The notes: generated by a model from the sequence alone, not told the origin. 64,000 nucleotides of DNA from Terriglobia bacterium (GCA_965223005.1 CBDCVK010000010.1:1376001-1440000); one strand, 5' to 3'. Numbered from the stretch's first letter, positions 45,794-55,238 are shown. Translations and numbers: made by a program.

Positions 45794-47517
45794 GGCTAAG
45801 GAACCAAAAGAAAGATGAAGAGATGGGAGCGAGGAACTTGGAGGCGAAAACCGGCTTGAAGGCGTACGTTCTCTTCCTCTTCTTCCTCCTCCTGTGGCTT
45901 GCCAGCGCATGCGCCAATAGCGCTTGGGCCCAGGTCAGCTACGAGCGGCTGCTGAAGGCGGCTGACGAGCCGCACAACTGGTTCACCTACTCGGGCGATT
46001 ACACCGGTCAGCGCTACAGTTCGCTGAAGCAGATCCACACGGGCAACGTCGAACAGTTGGCGGTGGAGTGGGTCTTTCAGACCAGGACCCCTGACAAGTT
46101 CGAAACCACGCCCCTGGTCATCGACGGCATCATGTACCTGACGGCGCCGGAAAGTCGTGCCTACGCGCTGGATGCGCGCACCGGGCGCCTCATCTGGCGC
46201 TACCAGCGCATCCTGCCCGAGAAAATTCCCCTGTGCTGCGGCACGCCCAACCGCGGGCTGGCGGCGCTGGGCGATAAGGTGTTCCTGGCCACGCTGGACG
46301 CGCACCTGGTGGCGCTGGACTCGAAAACCGGCGAGGTCGTTTGGGACGTGGAGGCCGAAGATTACCGCAAGGGATACAACTTCACAATGGCGCCGCTAGT
46401 GGTCAAGGACAAGGTAATCGCGGGAGTGTCCGGGGGCGAGTATGGAATTCGCGGCTTCATTGATGCGTACGACGCGGAGACCGGCAAGCGTGCCTGGCGG
46501 TTCTACACCATCCCTGCTCCGGGCGAGCCGGGCAACGAGACCTGGGCGGGGGATTCCTGGAAAACGGGCGGCGCGCCGGCCTGGCTGACCGGCACCTACG
46601 ATCCGGAACTGAACCTGACCTACTGGGGCACCGGCAATCCCGGGCCAGACCTTCACGGTGGAGATCGCAAGGGGGACAACCTGTACAGCGACTCTGTGGT
46701 GGCGCTGGATGCCGACACGGGAAAGCTGAAGTGGTATTTCCAGTTCACCCCGCACGACTTGCATGACTGGGATGCCACGCAAATCCCGGTGCTGCTGGAC
46801 CTGGAGTTTCAAGGCCGGCCACGAAAGCTGCTGGCGATGGCCAATCGCAATGGCTTTTTCTACCTGCTGGACCGCACCAACGGCAAATTCCTGCTCGGCA
46901 AGCCGTTTGTCCGCGTGACCTGGGCCAAGGAGATTGGTCCGGATGGCCGTCCCGCCCAGCTCCCAAACACCGATCCGACTCCTGAAGGCACTTACGTCTG
47001 TCCCGGGATCATCGGGGGGACCAACTGGTTTTCTCCCTCGTTCAGTCCCCAGACGGGCTATTTCTATGTGGCCGCCCGCGAGCAGTGCGACATCTTTTTC
47101 AGCTCGCCGCAGAAGTACCAGCCTGGGCAGATGTTTTTCGGCAGCGCGTTACAGACCAGGCCTGGCGAGAAAGGATGGGGGGCCGTGCGGGCCATTGATC
47201 CCCTGACCGGGGAGATCAAGTGGGAATTCAAACATCACTCGCCCCCCTGGGCCGGCACGCTGGCCACCGCGGGCGGATTGGTCCTCACCGGGGACCACGA
47301 GGGTTACCTGCTGGCCTTCGACGCCAAAAGCGGAAAGCATCTCTGGCACCTACAAACCGGCTCCCCTGTGATTGCTGCGCCCATGACCTACGCTCTGGAC
47401 GACAAACAATACGTTGTCATCCCCTCCGGAGGCGCCCTTTTTGCTCTGGCGCTGCCCGATGGTATCCTCGCCCCGATGGTATCCTCGCCAAAGAAAGAGA
47501 GTCCGGGGAAACACTAA
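45790..47517 (+). CDS. PQQ-dependent (alcohol-type) dehydrogenase family protein (copy 1)
   Basis: Signal peptide, vicinal CCG..NRG, GGEYGIRG, WGTGNP, FTPHDLHDWDA, ANRNGFFY, GGTNW, TAGGLV propeller motifs; ATGA overlap with cytochrome gene. Confidence 0.9.
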   Translation: MRLRNQKKDEEMGARNLEAKTGLKAYVLFLFFLLLWLASACANSAWAQVSYERLLKAADEPHNWFTYSGDYTGQRYSSLKQIHTGNVEQLAVEWVFQTRTPDKFETTPLVIDGIMYLTAPESRAYALDARTGRLIWRYQRILPEKIPLCCGTPNRGLAALGDKVFLATLDAHLVALDSKTGEVVWDVEAEDYRKGYNFTMAPLVVKDKVIAGVSGGEYGIRGFIDAYDAETGKRAWRFYTIPAPGEPGNETWAGDSWKTGGAPAWLTGTYDPELNLTYWGTGNPGPDLHGGDRKGDNLYSDSVVALDADTGKLKWYFQFTPHDLHDWDATQIPVLLDLEFQGRPRKLLAMANRNGFFYLLDRTNGKFLLGKPFVRVTWAKEIGPDGRPAQLPNTDPTPEGTYVCPGIIGGTNWFSPSFSPQTGYFYVAAREQCDIFFSSPQKYQPGQMFFGSALQTRPGEKGWGAVRAIDPLTGEIKWEFKHHSPPWAGTLATAGGLVLTGDHEGYLLAFDAKSGKHLWHLQTGSPVIAAPMTYALDDKQYVVIPSGGALFALALPDGILAPMVSSPKKESPGKH

Positions 47518-47569
47518 GCTACAAAGGTATGGCACAGATCAGGAGCTGCGGATCAGGAGCTTTAAGGAT

Positions 47570-48436
47570 ATGACACTGACAGGCGGTAGCTTCTGTGGCC
47601 GGTCTGGAAACTTGGTAGCGGTGCTAGCGGTAACTCTGTTGGGCTTTTCGCTCACCGCGGGGGCGGCGCGGCCTAGCGCCCCGGCTGGCCCGGAGAAGGA
47701 GATCAAGAATCCAGTTGCCCGGACCCCCGAGGTGATCGAGCAGGGCAGGATGGTGTTCCGGTTTTCTTGCAGCATTTGTCATGGTCTTGGAGCGGCCGGC
47801 GGGATGCGTGGGCCGGATTTGACCCGGGGGCGATGGGCGCACGGCGGCAGCGACGCCGCCATCTTTCGAACCATCAGCGAGGGCGTACCGGGTACAGAGA
47901 TGCCGGGCAGCGCAGGGTTCCTGCTGGAGGGACAGGTCTGGTCGGTCATTGCGTATCTGCGGAGCCTGAGCGCCGCTTCGGTCTCGCCAATTGAGGGCGA
48001 TCGCGAGGCCGGCAAGCGGATCTTCTTCGGTTCCGGTGCCTGCTCCCGATGCCACATGGTGAATGGTAAGGGAGGCCGCCTGGGCCAGGATTTGTCTCGC
48101 ATCGGCGCTGCGCGCCGCACCCAGCACCTTGCCGAATCCATTCGCGACCCTAGTAGAGAGGTCACCGTGCGCGACCCCTTCACGGGGAACATCGCAGGGT
48201 ACCAGACGGTCCGCGTCGTAACCAAAGACGGCAGACCCATCACCGGCGTGCGCCGCAACGAAGACACCTTTTCCATCCAGCTCTTGGATCAGCGTGAGGA
48301 GATTCACATGTTCCTGAAGAAAGACCTGAGGGAGGTCATCTACGAGAAAAGATCCTTGATGCCAGAGTACACCGAACAGATCCTGAGCGACGAAGAGTTG
48401 CAGAACTTGTTAGCCTATCTGGATGGCTTGCGATGA
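47570..48436 (+). CDS. Periplasmic diheme c-type cytochrome (copy 2)
   Basis: Paralog of 44933..45793; CSICH, CSRCH; same TAAGGATATG start context. Confidence 0.88.
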   Translation: MTLTGGSFCGRSGNLVAVLAVTLLGFSLTAGAARPSAPAGPEKEIKNPVARTPEVIEQGRMVFRFSCSICHGLGAAGGMRGPDLTRGRWAHGGSDAAIFRTISEGVPGTEMPGSAGFLLEGQVWSVIAYLRSLSAASVSPIEGDREAGKRIFFGSGACSRCHMVNGKGGRLGQDLSRIGAARRTQHLAESIRDPSREVTVRDPFTGNIAGYQTVRVVTKDGRPITGVRRNEDTFSIQLLDQREEIHMFLKKDLREVIYEKRSLMPEYTEQILSDEELQNLLAYLDGLR

Positions 48437-50142
48437 GGACGAGCACCGATACGGAAAACGATAAGGAAAACGAAGAGATGGGATCGAGCAAGCTGGCAAG
48501 AAAAACCGGTCTTCGAATCTGTGCGTTTGTGGTCGGCCTGTGGCTGGCCGGTGCGGGCGCCAACGGCGCGTGGGCCCAGGTCAGCTATGAGCGGCTGCTG
48601 AAGGCGACTGAGGAGCCGCACAACTGGTTGACTTACTCAGGCGACTATAGCGGTCGGCGTTACAACCTGCTGAAGCAGATTCACACAGGCAACGTCGAGC
48701 ACCTGGCGGTGCAGTGGGTCTTCCAAACCGGCGCCACCGGCAAGTTCGAGGCCACGCCCCTGGTCATTGACGGCATCATGTATTTGACCGGGCAAGGCAA
48801 CCAGGCCTACGCGCTGGATGCCCGCACGGGACGCCTCATCTGGCGCTATCAGCGTACCCTGCCGGACAACCTTCTGCTCTGCTGCGGAGAGGTTAACCGC
48901 GGGCTGGCGGCGCTGGGCGACAAGGTGTTCATGGCCACGCTGGACGCGCACATCGTGGCGCTGGACTCGAAAACCGGCAGCGTCATTTGGGACGTCGTGT
49001 CCGAAGACTACCGCAAGGGGTACATCTTTACGTCGGCGCCGCTGGTGGTGAAGGACAAGGTAGTCGTGGGAGTGTCCGGGGGCGAGTATGGAATTCGCGG
49101 CTTCATTGAAGCGTATGACGCCGAGACGGGGAAGCGCGCCTGGCGCTTCTACACCATCCCCGCTCCGGGCGAGCCTGGCAACGAAACCTGGGCAGGAGAT
49201 TCCTGGAAAACAGGTGGTGCACCGGCCTGGCTGATTGGCAGCTACGATCCGGAGCTGAACCTGATTTATTGGGGCACCGGCAATCCCGGGCCCGTCCTTT
49301 ACGGTGGAGATCGCGAGGGAGACAACCTTTACAGCGACTGTGTGGTGGCGCTGGATGCCGACACGGGAAAGCTGAAGTGGTATTTCCAGTTCACTCCGCA
49401 CGACGTGCACGACTGGGATGCCGGACAAATTCCGGTGCTGCTGGACCTGGAATATCAGGGCCGGCCACGAAAACTAATGGCGTGGGCCAATCGCAATGGC
49501 TTTTTCTACTTGCTGGACCGCACCAACGGGCAATTCCTGTTCGCCAAGTCGTTTGTCAAAGTGACCTGGGCCAAGGAGATTGGTCCGGACGGCCGTCCCG
49601 TCCTGCTGCCGAACAGCGATCCGACCCCGGAAGGCAATTACATCTGCCCCGGGCTGGCCGGGGGCACCAACTGGATGTCTCCCTCGTTTCACCCGCAAAC
49701 CGGCTATCTCTATGTGCCCACCCACGAGGATTGCCAAACCTATTTCAGCTCGCCGCAGAAGTACCAGCAAGGGCAGTGGTTTTTCGGCAGCACGTTCCAG
49801 GCCAAGTCCGGCGACGAATCCTGGGGAGCCTTGCGTGCCATTGATCCACTGAGCGGGGAAATCAAGTGGGAATTCAAGCACCACTCGCCATCTTGGGCCG
49901 GTACCCTGGCCACCGCGGGCGGATTGGTCTTCGCCGGGGACCACGAGGGGTACCTGCTGGCCTTCGACGCCAAGAGCGGAAAGCACCTCTGGAACTTGCA
50001 GACCGGCTCCCCGTTGGCGGCAGCGCCGATGACTTACGCGCTGGACGGCAAGCAGTACGTCGTCATCGGCGCGGGAAGCGCACTTTTCGCTGTCGCCTTG
50101 CCTGATGGCATCGTCGCTAAAGAAGGTTCGGGGAAACAGTAG
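48433..50142 (+). CDS. PQQ-dependent dehydrogenase family protein (copy 2)
   Basis: Paralog of 45790..47517; CCGEVNRG, FTPHDVHDWDA; ATGA overlap. Confidence 0.9.
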   Translation: MRTSTDTENDKENEEMGSSKLARKTGLRICAFVVGLWLAGAGANGAWAQVSYERLLKATEEPHNWLTYSGDYSGRRYNLLKQIHTGNVEHLAVQWVFQTGATGKFEATPLVIDGIMYLTGQGNQAYALDARTGRLIWRYQRTLPDNLLLCCGEVNRGLAALGDKVFMATLDAHIVALDSKTGSVIWDVVSEDYRKGYIFTSAPLVVKDKVVVGVSGGEYGIRGFIEAYDAETGKRAWRFYTIPAPGEPGNETWAGDSWKTGGAPAWLIGSYDPELNLIYWGTGNPGPVLYGGDREGDNLYSDCVVALDADTGKLKWYFQFTPHDVHDWDAGQIPVLLDLEYQGRPRKLMAWANRNGFFYLLDRTNGQFLFAKSFVKVTWAKEIGPDGRPVLLPNSDPTPEGNYICPGLAGGTNWMSPSFHPQTGYLYVPTHEDCQTYFSSPQKYQQGQWFFGSTFQAKSGDESWGALRAIDPLSGEIKWEFKHHSPSWAGTLATAGGLVFAGDHEGYLLAFDAKSGKHLWNLQTGSPLAAAPMTYALDGKQYVVIGAGSALFAVALPDGIVAKEGSGKQ

Positions 50143-51662
50143 GCCCCGAGGGAGGGCCACAGTCGCAGGCACCCTTGCTTTTCGGGTGCGAGTGGTGACG
50201 GGTGGGAGGGCCGGCTAGAAACCTCATCGACGCTGCGCCTGGGCAGGATATTCCGGTTCACCATCCCGGACGACAAATCATAAAGTCATGCAAGAAGTCA
50301 TGAAGTTATATAGTTGGCCACTGGTTGAGCGTTTCTTTGTTATACTGGGGCGGTTCTTATATATACTCCCCCCGCCTGCACTCGGCCGCAGCCTGATGGT
50401 TCCCCAGGACTGTTGAGCTTCGGCATGGGTCAAGCAACAGTTGTGATTCTCCAGAGGTTAAATTGGCGAGCCACAGAAGCTTCCGATGCGAGTGACGTTT
50501 TGGGGCGTGCGGGGTTCGATGCCAACCCCGCACCCACGCACGCTAAAATACGGTGGTAACACACCCTGTGTGGAGATTGAGACCCCGCAGGGGCATACCA
50601 TCATTCTGGACTGTGGTACCGGAATCACCCACCTGGGCAAGCTGCTGGCCGAGAAGACACCCCCTAAAGGGTTGCATCTGATGGTCTTTCTGACCCACTT
50701 TCATTGGGACCATATCCAGGGCCTGCCCTTCTTCACACCCCTCTACGATCCTCGGACCCAAGTTTTCTTCCACTGCTTCGAGGCCCATGGACTCACAGCC
50801 AAGGACGCATTGGGTGGGCTGATGCTCACGCCGTTCTTCCCTGTGAACATGAGCATGATGAAGGGCAGCAAGAACTTTTACATCATCGGAGAAGAGCGGC
50901 TGAAAGTGTTTGACGTGGAAATTTCCTCCCGCTACCTGAACCACCCGCAGGGCTGCCTGGGCTACCGGGTGGAGTCGGAAACTGGCGTCTTTGTCTACGC
51001 CACCGATCACGAGCACGGCAATGCAACCCACGATGCCAGCATCCGCAAGCTGGCTCAGGGAGCAGACATCCTGGTCTATGATGGCCAGTACACGCCGGCC
51101 GAATACCAGACCCATGTCGGCTGGGGGCATAGCACCTGGGAGGAAGGCATTCAGGTGGCCCAGGACGCCGACGTCAAGGAGTTGGTTCTGTTTCACCACG
51201 ACCCGGACCACTCCGACCTGTTTGCAGACAAGATGTTGCTGGAAGCCCGAGCGTGCTTTCCCCATGTGCATGCAGCCATCGAGGGCACCACGGTCAACTT
51301 TGAACGGCAAGAGCGGGGGGGCAGCTTTCGCGGACGAATGGAGCAACGCTATTCTCAGAGGGTCCCGTTGGAGCATCCTATCCGGGTCAGTTTGCAACGG
51401 GTCGGTCAGACTGAGGGTGAAAAAACCACGCTGGGAGACCTAAGCCTGGATGGTTCCTTTTTCCTGGTGGGTCACGACTGGGATATCGGTACGGAACTGG
51501 ATGTGGAGATTGAGGTTCCCGTTGGCAAGAAAGGCCCGACCGAGAAGCTGCACATGCGCGGCACCGTAGCTCGCAGCGAGTGAGCCTGATCCGATTCAGT
51601 GGACGGTTTAGTTACGTTGGTTGAGTCTCTCTCTTTTTTCTTCCTTTCATGAACGCGATAAT

Positions 51663-51758
51663 GGGTGTGGACGCTGTGGGAAACCGCGTTCTGTGCGGTT
51701 TTCCAAGTCACTCGTGGACGCGTTTTCCGCGTCCACAGGGACGGCAGCGTCCATGCCC
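51663..51758 (+). other. Highly base-paired three-way-junction element inside the IS end
   Basis: Outer stem GGGTGTGGACGCTG/CAGCGTCCATGCCC; hairpins TGGGAAACCGC/GCGGTTTTCCA and GTGGACGCG/CGCGTCCAC. Confidence 0.75.
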
Positions 51759-52929
51759 TACGCCGCCACGCGTCGCTCGAAGGCGGCCGGACTGATCTGG
51801 CCGAGCGTCGAGTGGCGCCGCCGCTGGTTATAGAACACTTCGATGTAGTCGAATAACTCCATCTTGGCCTCGCCGTTGCTGTCGAAGTGCTCGCGGAGTT
51901 CGCTCTTGACCGTCGAGAAGAAGCTTTCCATCACGGCATTGTCGTAGCAATTGCCCCGGCGGCTCATGCTACAGATGATACCGTGTGTGTCGAGCACGTC
52001 TTGGTAGTCCTCGCTCGCATAGGTGCCGCCCTGGTCGGAATGGTGCAGCAGACCGGCGTCGGGGCAGCGGCGCTTCAGCGCCATCTGGAGCGCCTTGATG
52101 GTCAGATGGCGGTCGTTGACGGCGCTCACGGCCCATCCCACGATGAACCGGGAGAACAGATCCAAGATCGCCGCAAGGTAGAGCTTCCCGCTGCCGCCGA
52201 TGACGAACTCCGTCGTGTCGCCGACCCACCGTTGATTCGGCGCGGCCGCCTCAAAGTGTCGGTCCAGGAGATTGGCCGCCACCGGTTGATCGTGATCACT
52301 CATCGTGGTGAGCTTGTACCGCTTGCGCCGCCGCGCCTTCAGCCCGTCTTTCTGCATCAGGCGCACGACCCGTTTGCGGCTGACGTGCTCCTCCTGCTCA
52401 AGGAGATCCTCGTGAACGCGCGGGCTGCCGTAGCGCTGCTTGCTCGCCTCAAACGACGCCCGCACCAGCACGGTCAGCCGGCGATCCTCGCGTGCATGCG
52501 TTGATTCTGGACGCGCGCGCCAGGCGTAAAAGCCACTCCGCGTGACGTCGAGCCAGCGGCAGAGCTTCGTGAGCGGGTAGGTGGCCTTCTCCGCCTGGAT
52601 CCACGCGAACTTCACAGGTGGTCCTTCGCGAAGAAGGCCGTGGCTTTTTTTAGGACGTCGCGCTCCATCCGCAGCTCGCGATTGTCTTTGCGTAGGCGCG
52701 CCAGCTCGGCGCGCTCCTCGGTCGTCAGCCCCGTCTTGCCCTTCGTCCGATCGGCACGTGCCTGCTTCACCCACTGCGCCAGGGCCGATGGCGTCAGATC
52801 CAACTCGCGCGCGACGGCGCCGACCGTCTTGCCCGCATCCAAGACCAGCCGAACGGCTCCGATCCGGAACTCCTCACTGAACTGTCGTCGCGCCCGTCTC
52901 CCTGCCTTCGTTGATCCCATTCTGGACAT
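51758..52929 (-). CDS. IS3 transposase OrfAB (programmed -1 frameshift)
   Basis: OrfA HTH (VARELDL..LKKATAFFAK, stop 52612) and OrfB DDE (WVGDTT, HSDQG, DNAVMESFF); A7G slippery run at 52651-52644. Confidence 0.92.
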
Positions 52930-53028
52930 CGTATCCGCCTTTCGGAACGTGTCCACGAAACCGGATCAAGCCCACGAGAAGGTGGGGGGACAGACCGGAA
53001 TCGGCGTGAGTTTCCGCGCGCGGGCCTC

Positions 53029-53055
53029 CACTTCCGACACTTCCGACACTTCCGA
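53029..53055 (+). repeat. 3x 9-bp tandem repeat (TSD-TSD-TSE peptide)
   Basis: CACTTCCGA x3. Confidence 0.9.
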
Positions 53056-53067
53056 GTAGTTATCTGT

Positions 53068-53333
53068 TTGACCGCCGTTGAACCCCCTTCGGGCAAGCCG
53101 GGGGAGAACGTCACCGCTACCGGCGAAAACCCGGACAAGTAAAGCTGGATAAGTCCAAGGTCGTCGCCGTCTTCGGTTCCGATGCCAAGTCCGACTACAA
53201 CGTGAAGGTGCTGGAGCAGACCCCTGAGAAGATCGTCTTTAGCGTGCCCTCGGGGAAGCCGGCCAGCTACAACGTCTCCCTGCAAGTGCGCAACGAGATT
53301 CATATTCAGCCCGTTCGCCTCAACGTGGAGTAG
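53068..53333 (+). pseudogene. IPT/TIG (Ig-like) domain small protein, frameshifted and 5'-truncated
   Basis: LTAVEPPSGKPGENVTATGENPDK-TAA(53140) then, in another frame from 53145, LDKSKVVAVF...EQTPEKIVFSVP..QPVRLNVE-TAG. Confidence 0.6.
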
Positions 53334-53352
53334 GAACGTCCCAGGGCACGGA

Positions 53353-53411
53353 GTGCCCCGGGGGCGGATTCGAAGCCGCGCGTCCCATTCGGGACACGGA
53401 TTTTATACCCG
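53353..53411 (-). pseudogene. Degenerate 3' fragment of tRNA-Leu(UAA)
   Basis: Minus strand CGGG-TATAAAA-TCCG, variable arm GTCCC-GAAT-GGGAC, T arm GCGGC-TTCGAAT-CCGC, acceptor 3' strand CCCCGGGGCA; no D arm or 5' strand. Confidence 0.65.
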
Positions 53412-53672
53412 ATCATGATTGACCGCCGAGCGCTCTCCCTTCGGCAGCGCGCGCAAGTCCGGCATTCGTATGCCGAGCGGAGAAGGGCGATGGCGTATGA
53501 TTGTGCCGGTAGTGTAAGATTCCTCGAAATGGCTCTACGATACGGCGGTACGCTTCAGCGCAAGCATCTTGATGCTGGAAATCGAAGTAACGTTGCAGAA
53601 AGCAAGAAACGGTCCTGGAAACGAGGGCCGCATCGGCGAATCCAAGAACCTTGGTAAAGAAAGGTAGGCGCC

Positions 53673-54254
53673 ATGGCACTGACGGAATCAACGATGGTCG
53701 GACTCGGGACAGCCGCTCCCGATTTTCAACTGCCGGATGTGGTTTCGGGCAAAAGCGTCAGCCTCCATAGCTTCGTCGCGGACAAAGCGCTCCTGGTGAT
53801 GTTCGTCTGCCCCCACTGCCCCTACGTGCAGCATGTCAAACACGAACTGGGCCGGTTGGGACAAGACTATGCCGGAAAGTCCCTCGGTATAGTGGCAATT
53901 TCGTCGAATGATGTCGCTCAATTCCCTGACGATGCCCCTGACAAAATGAGAGAGATGGCAGTGGAGCTCGGGTTTCGCTTTCCCTTCTGTTACGACGAGA
54001 GCCAGCAAACGGCCAAAGCCTATACTGCAGCCTGCACGCCCGATTTCTTCCTTTTTGACCAGAAGCGCCGCCTCGTTTACCGGGGTCAGTTGGACGATAG
54101 CCGACCCGAGAGTCCGAAACCTATCACGGGCCGTGATCTGAGGACCGCGATGGACGCAGCACTCGCGGGCCAAGCAGTCCACTCGGACCAGAAACCCAGC
54201 CTTGGCTGCAACATCAAATGGAAGCAGGGAAACGAGCCACCGTATTACAAATAG
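53673..54254 (+). CDS. Thioredoxin-fold AhpC/TSA (Prx-like) protein
   Basis: APDFQLPD, MFVCPHCPYV, ISSND..PDD, AACTPDFFLF, YRGQLDDSRP, GCNIKW. Confidence 0.9.
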   Translation: MALTESTMVGLGTAAPDFQLPDVVSGKSVSLHSFVADKALLVMFVCPHCPYVQHVKHELGRLGQDYAGKSLGIVAISSNDVAQFPDDAPDKMREMAVELGFRFPFCYDESQQTAKAYTAACTPDFFLFDQKRRLVYRGQLDDSRPESPKPITGRDLRTAMDAALAGQAVHSDQKPSLGCNIKWKQGNEPPYYK

Positions 54255-54350
54255 GCTTTGGAATATGAGTGAAAACGAGCCGGTTTTAACTCGTATACGA
54301 AGCGCGTGGTTGTCCAAACCAACCAGGCCAGCTTGAAAGGAGCCGTTCGC

Positions 54351-55238
54351 ATGAACGTACGTATTGGCACGTCCCCCGATTCCTGGGGGGTTTGGTTTGG
54401 GAGCGATCCGAAACAGATTCCGTGGCAGCGGTATCTGGACGAGGCGGTGATTGCCGGCTACGAATGGACCGAACTGGGACCCTACGGGTACCTGCCCACC
54501 GACGTGTCCCAGTTGCGCGGTGAACTGGAGCGCCGGGGGCTCAAGGTGCCTGCCGGCTTCGCCATAGGACGTCTGGATGACCCTGCGCAGTGGACCAAGT
54601 TAGAACACGAGGTGGTCGGGGTTTGTGAGAGCCTCCGCGCCCTGGGCGGACGCTTTGCCATCCTGATCGACGACCTTTACACGAACCCGTTCACTGGCGA
54701 ACGCATCGCTCCGGCGAAGCTGGATTCAGACGGCTGGAAACGGCTGATCGACAACACTCACCGGGTTGCCGATATCGTGCACGACCGGTACCGATTGAAA
54801 ATGGTGTTCCATCCGCACGCCGAGACGCATGTGGAGTACGAAGACCAGATTGAGGTTTTCCTGGAGCAGACCGATCCCAAACGCGTTTTTCTCTGCCTGG
54901 ACCCGGGCCATCATGCTTATCGCGGCGGCGATCCAGTCCGCTTCATGCGGCGGCACCACCAGCGGATCCCCTACATGCACCTGAAAAGCGTGGACCCTGA
55001 ACTGCAAAAGAAAGTGGAAGCCGAGAAGATCCCCTTCGCACACGCGGTGGCCATGAATTTGTTCTGCGAGCCATCCGTCGGCGCAGTTGACTTTCCCGCA
55101 TTCCGCGACGTTCTCCGCGACATTGATTATGACGGCTGGGCCACAGTGGAGCAGGATATGTACCCAGCTCCCTTCGATAAGCCGCTTCCGATCGCCAAGC
55201 GGACCCGTGAATACTTGCGGGAAATCGGAATCGGATGA
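54351..55238 (+). CDS. IolE-like TIM-barrel protein (inosose dehydratase family)
   Basis: PDSWGVWF, ELGPYGYLP, FHPHAET, CLDPGH, YMHLKS, VEQD; AAGGAG RBS. Confidence 0.8.
   Translation: MNVRIGTSPDSWGVWFGSDPKQIPWQRYLDEAVIAGYEWTELGPYGYLPTDVSQLRGELERRGLKVPAGFAIGRLDDPAQWTKLEHEVVGVCESLRALGGRFAILIDDLYTNPFTGERIAPAKLDSDGWKRLIDNTHRVADIVHDRYRLKMVFHPHAETHVEYEDQIEVFLEQTDPKRVFLCLDPGHHAYRGGDPVRFMRRHHQRIPYMHLKSVDPELQKKVEAEKIPFAHAVAMNLFCEPSVGAVDFPAFRDVLRDIDYDGWATVEQDMYPAPFDKPLPIAKRTREYLREIGIG

Larger units (their letters stand above)
51581..52974 (-). mobile_element. Complete IS3-family insertion sequence (1394 bp)
   Basis: TG...CA ends; IRs TGAGCCTGATCCGATTCAGTGGAC vs TGGGCTTGATCCGGTTTCGTGGAC (19/24); 4-bp target duplication CGAG at 51577-80 and 52975-78. 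Confidence 0.95.
50486..53059 (+). pseudogene. MBL-fold hydrolase-PilZ fusion interrupted by IS3 within the PilZ domain
   Basis: GVRGS, YGGNTPC, THFHWDH, HPQG, TDHEH, GHS, FHHDP; PilZ EQRYSQR..DLSLDG; frame resumes after the IS at 52979 (KVGGQTGIGVSF...) to TAG 53057-53059. Confidence 0.88.

Noticed and set aside
50345-50460. c-di-GMP riboswitch in the leader of the MBL-PilZ gene
   Set aside because: Hairpins exist (ACTGTTG/CAACAGT) but no GEMM GGCAAA..GNRA..GACGCAAAG signature
53353-53440. Intact tRNA gene
   Set aside because: No D arm or 5' acceptor strand; anticodon loop and T stem carry disruptive changes
53415-53657. 80-aa ORF after the tRNA fragment
   Set aside because: No RBS, no recognisable motif; region contains promoter-like boxes for the downstream gene
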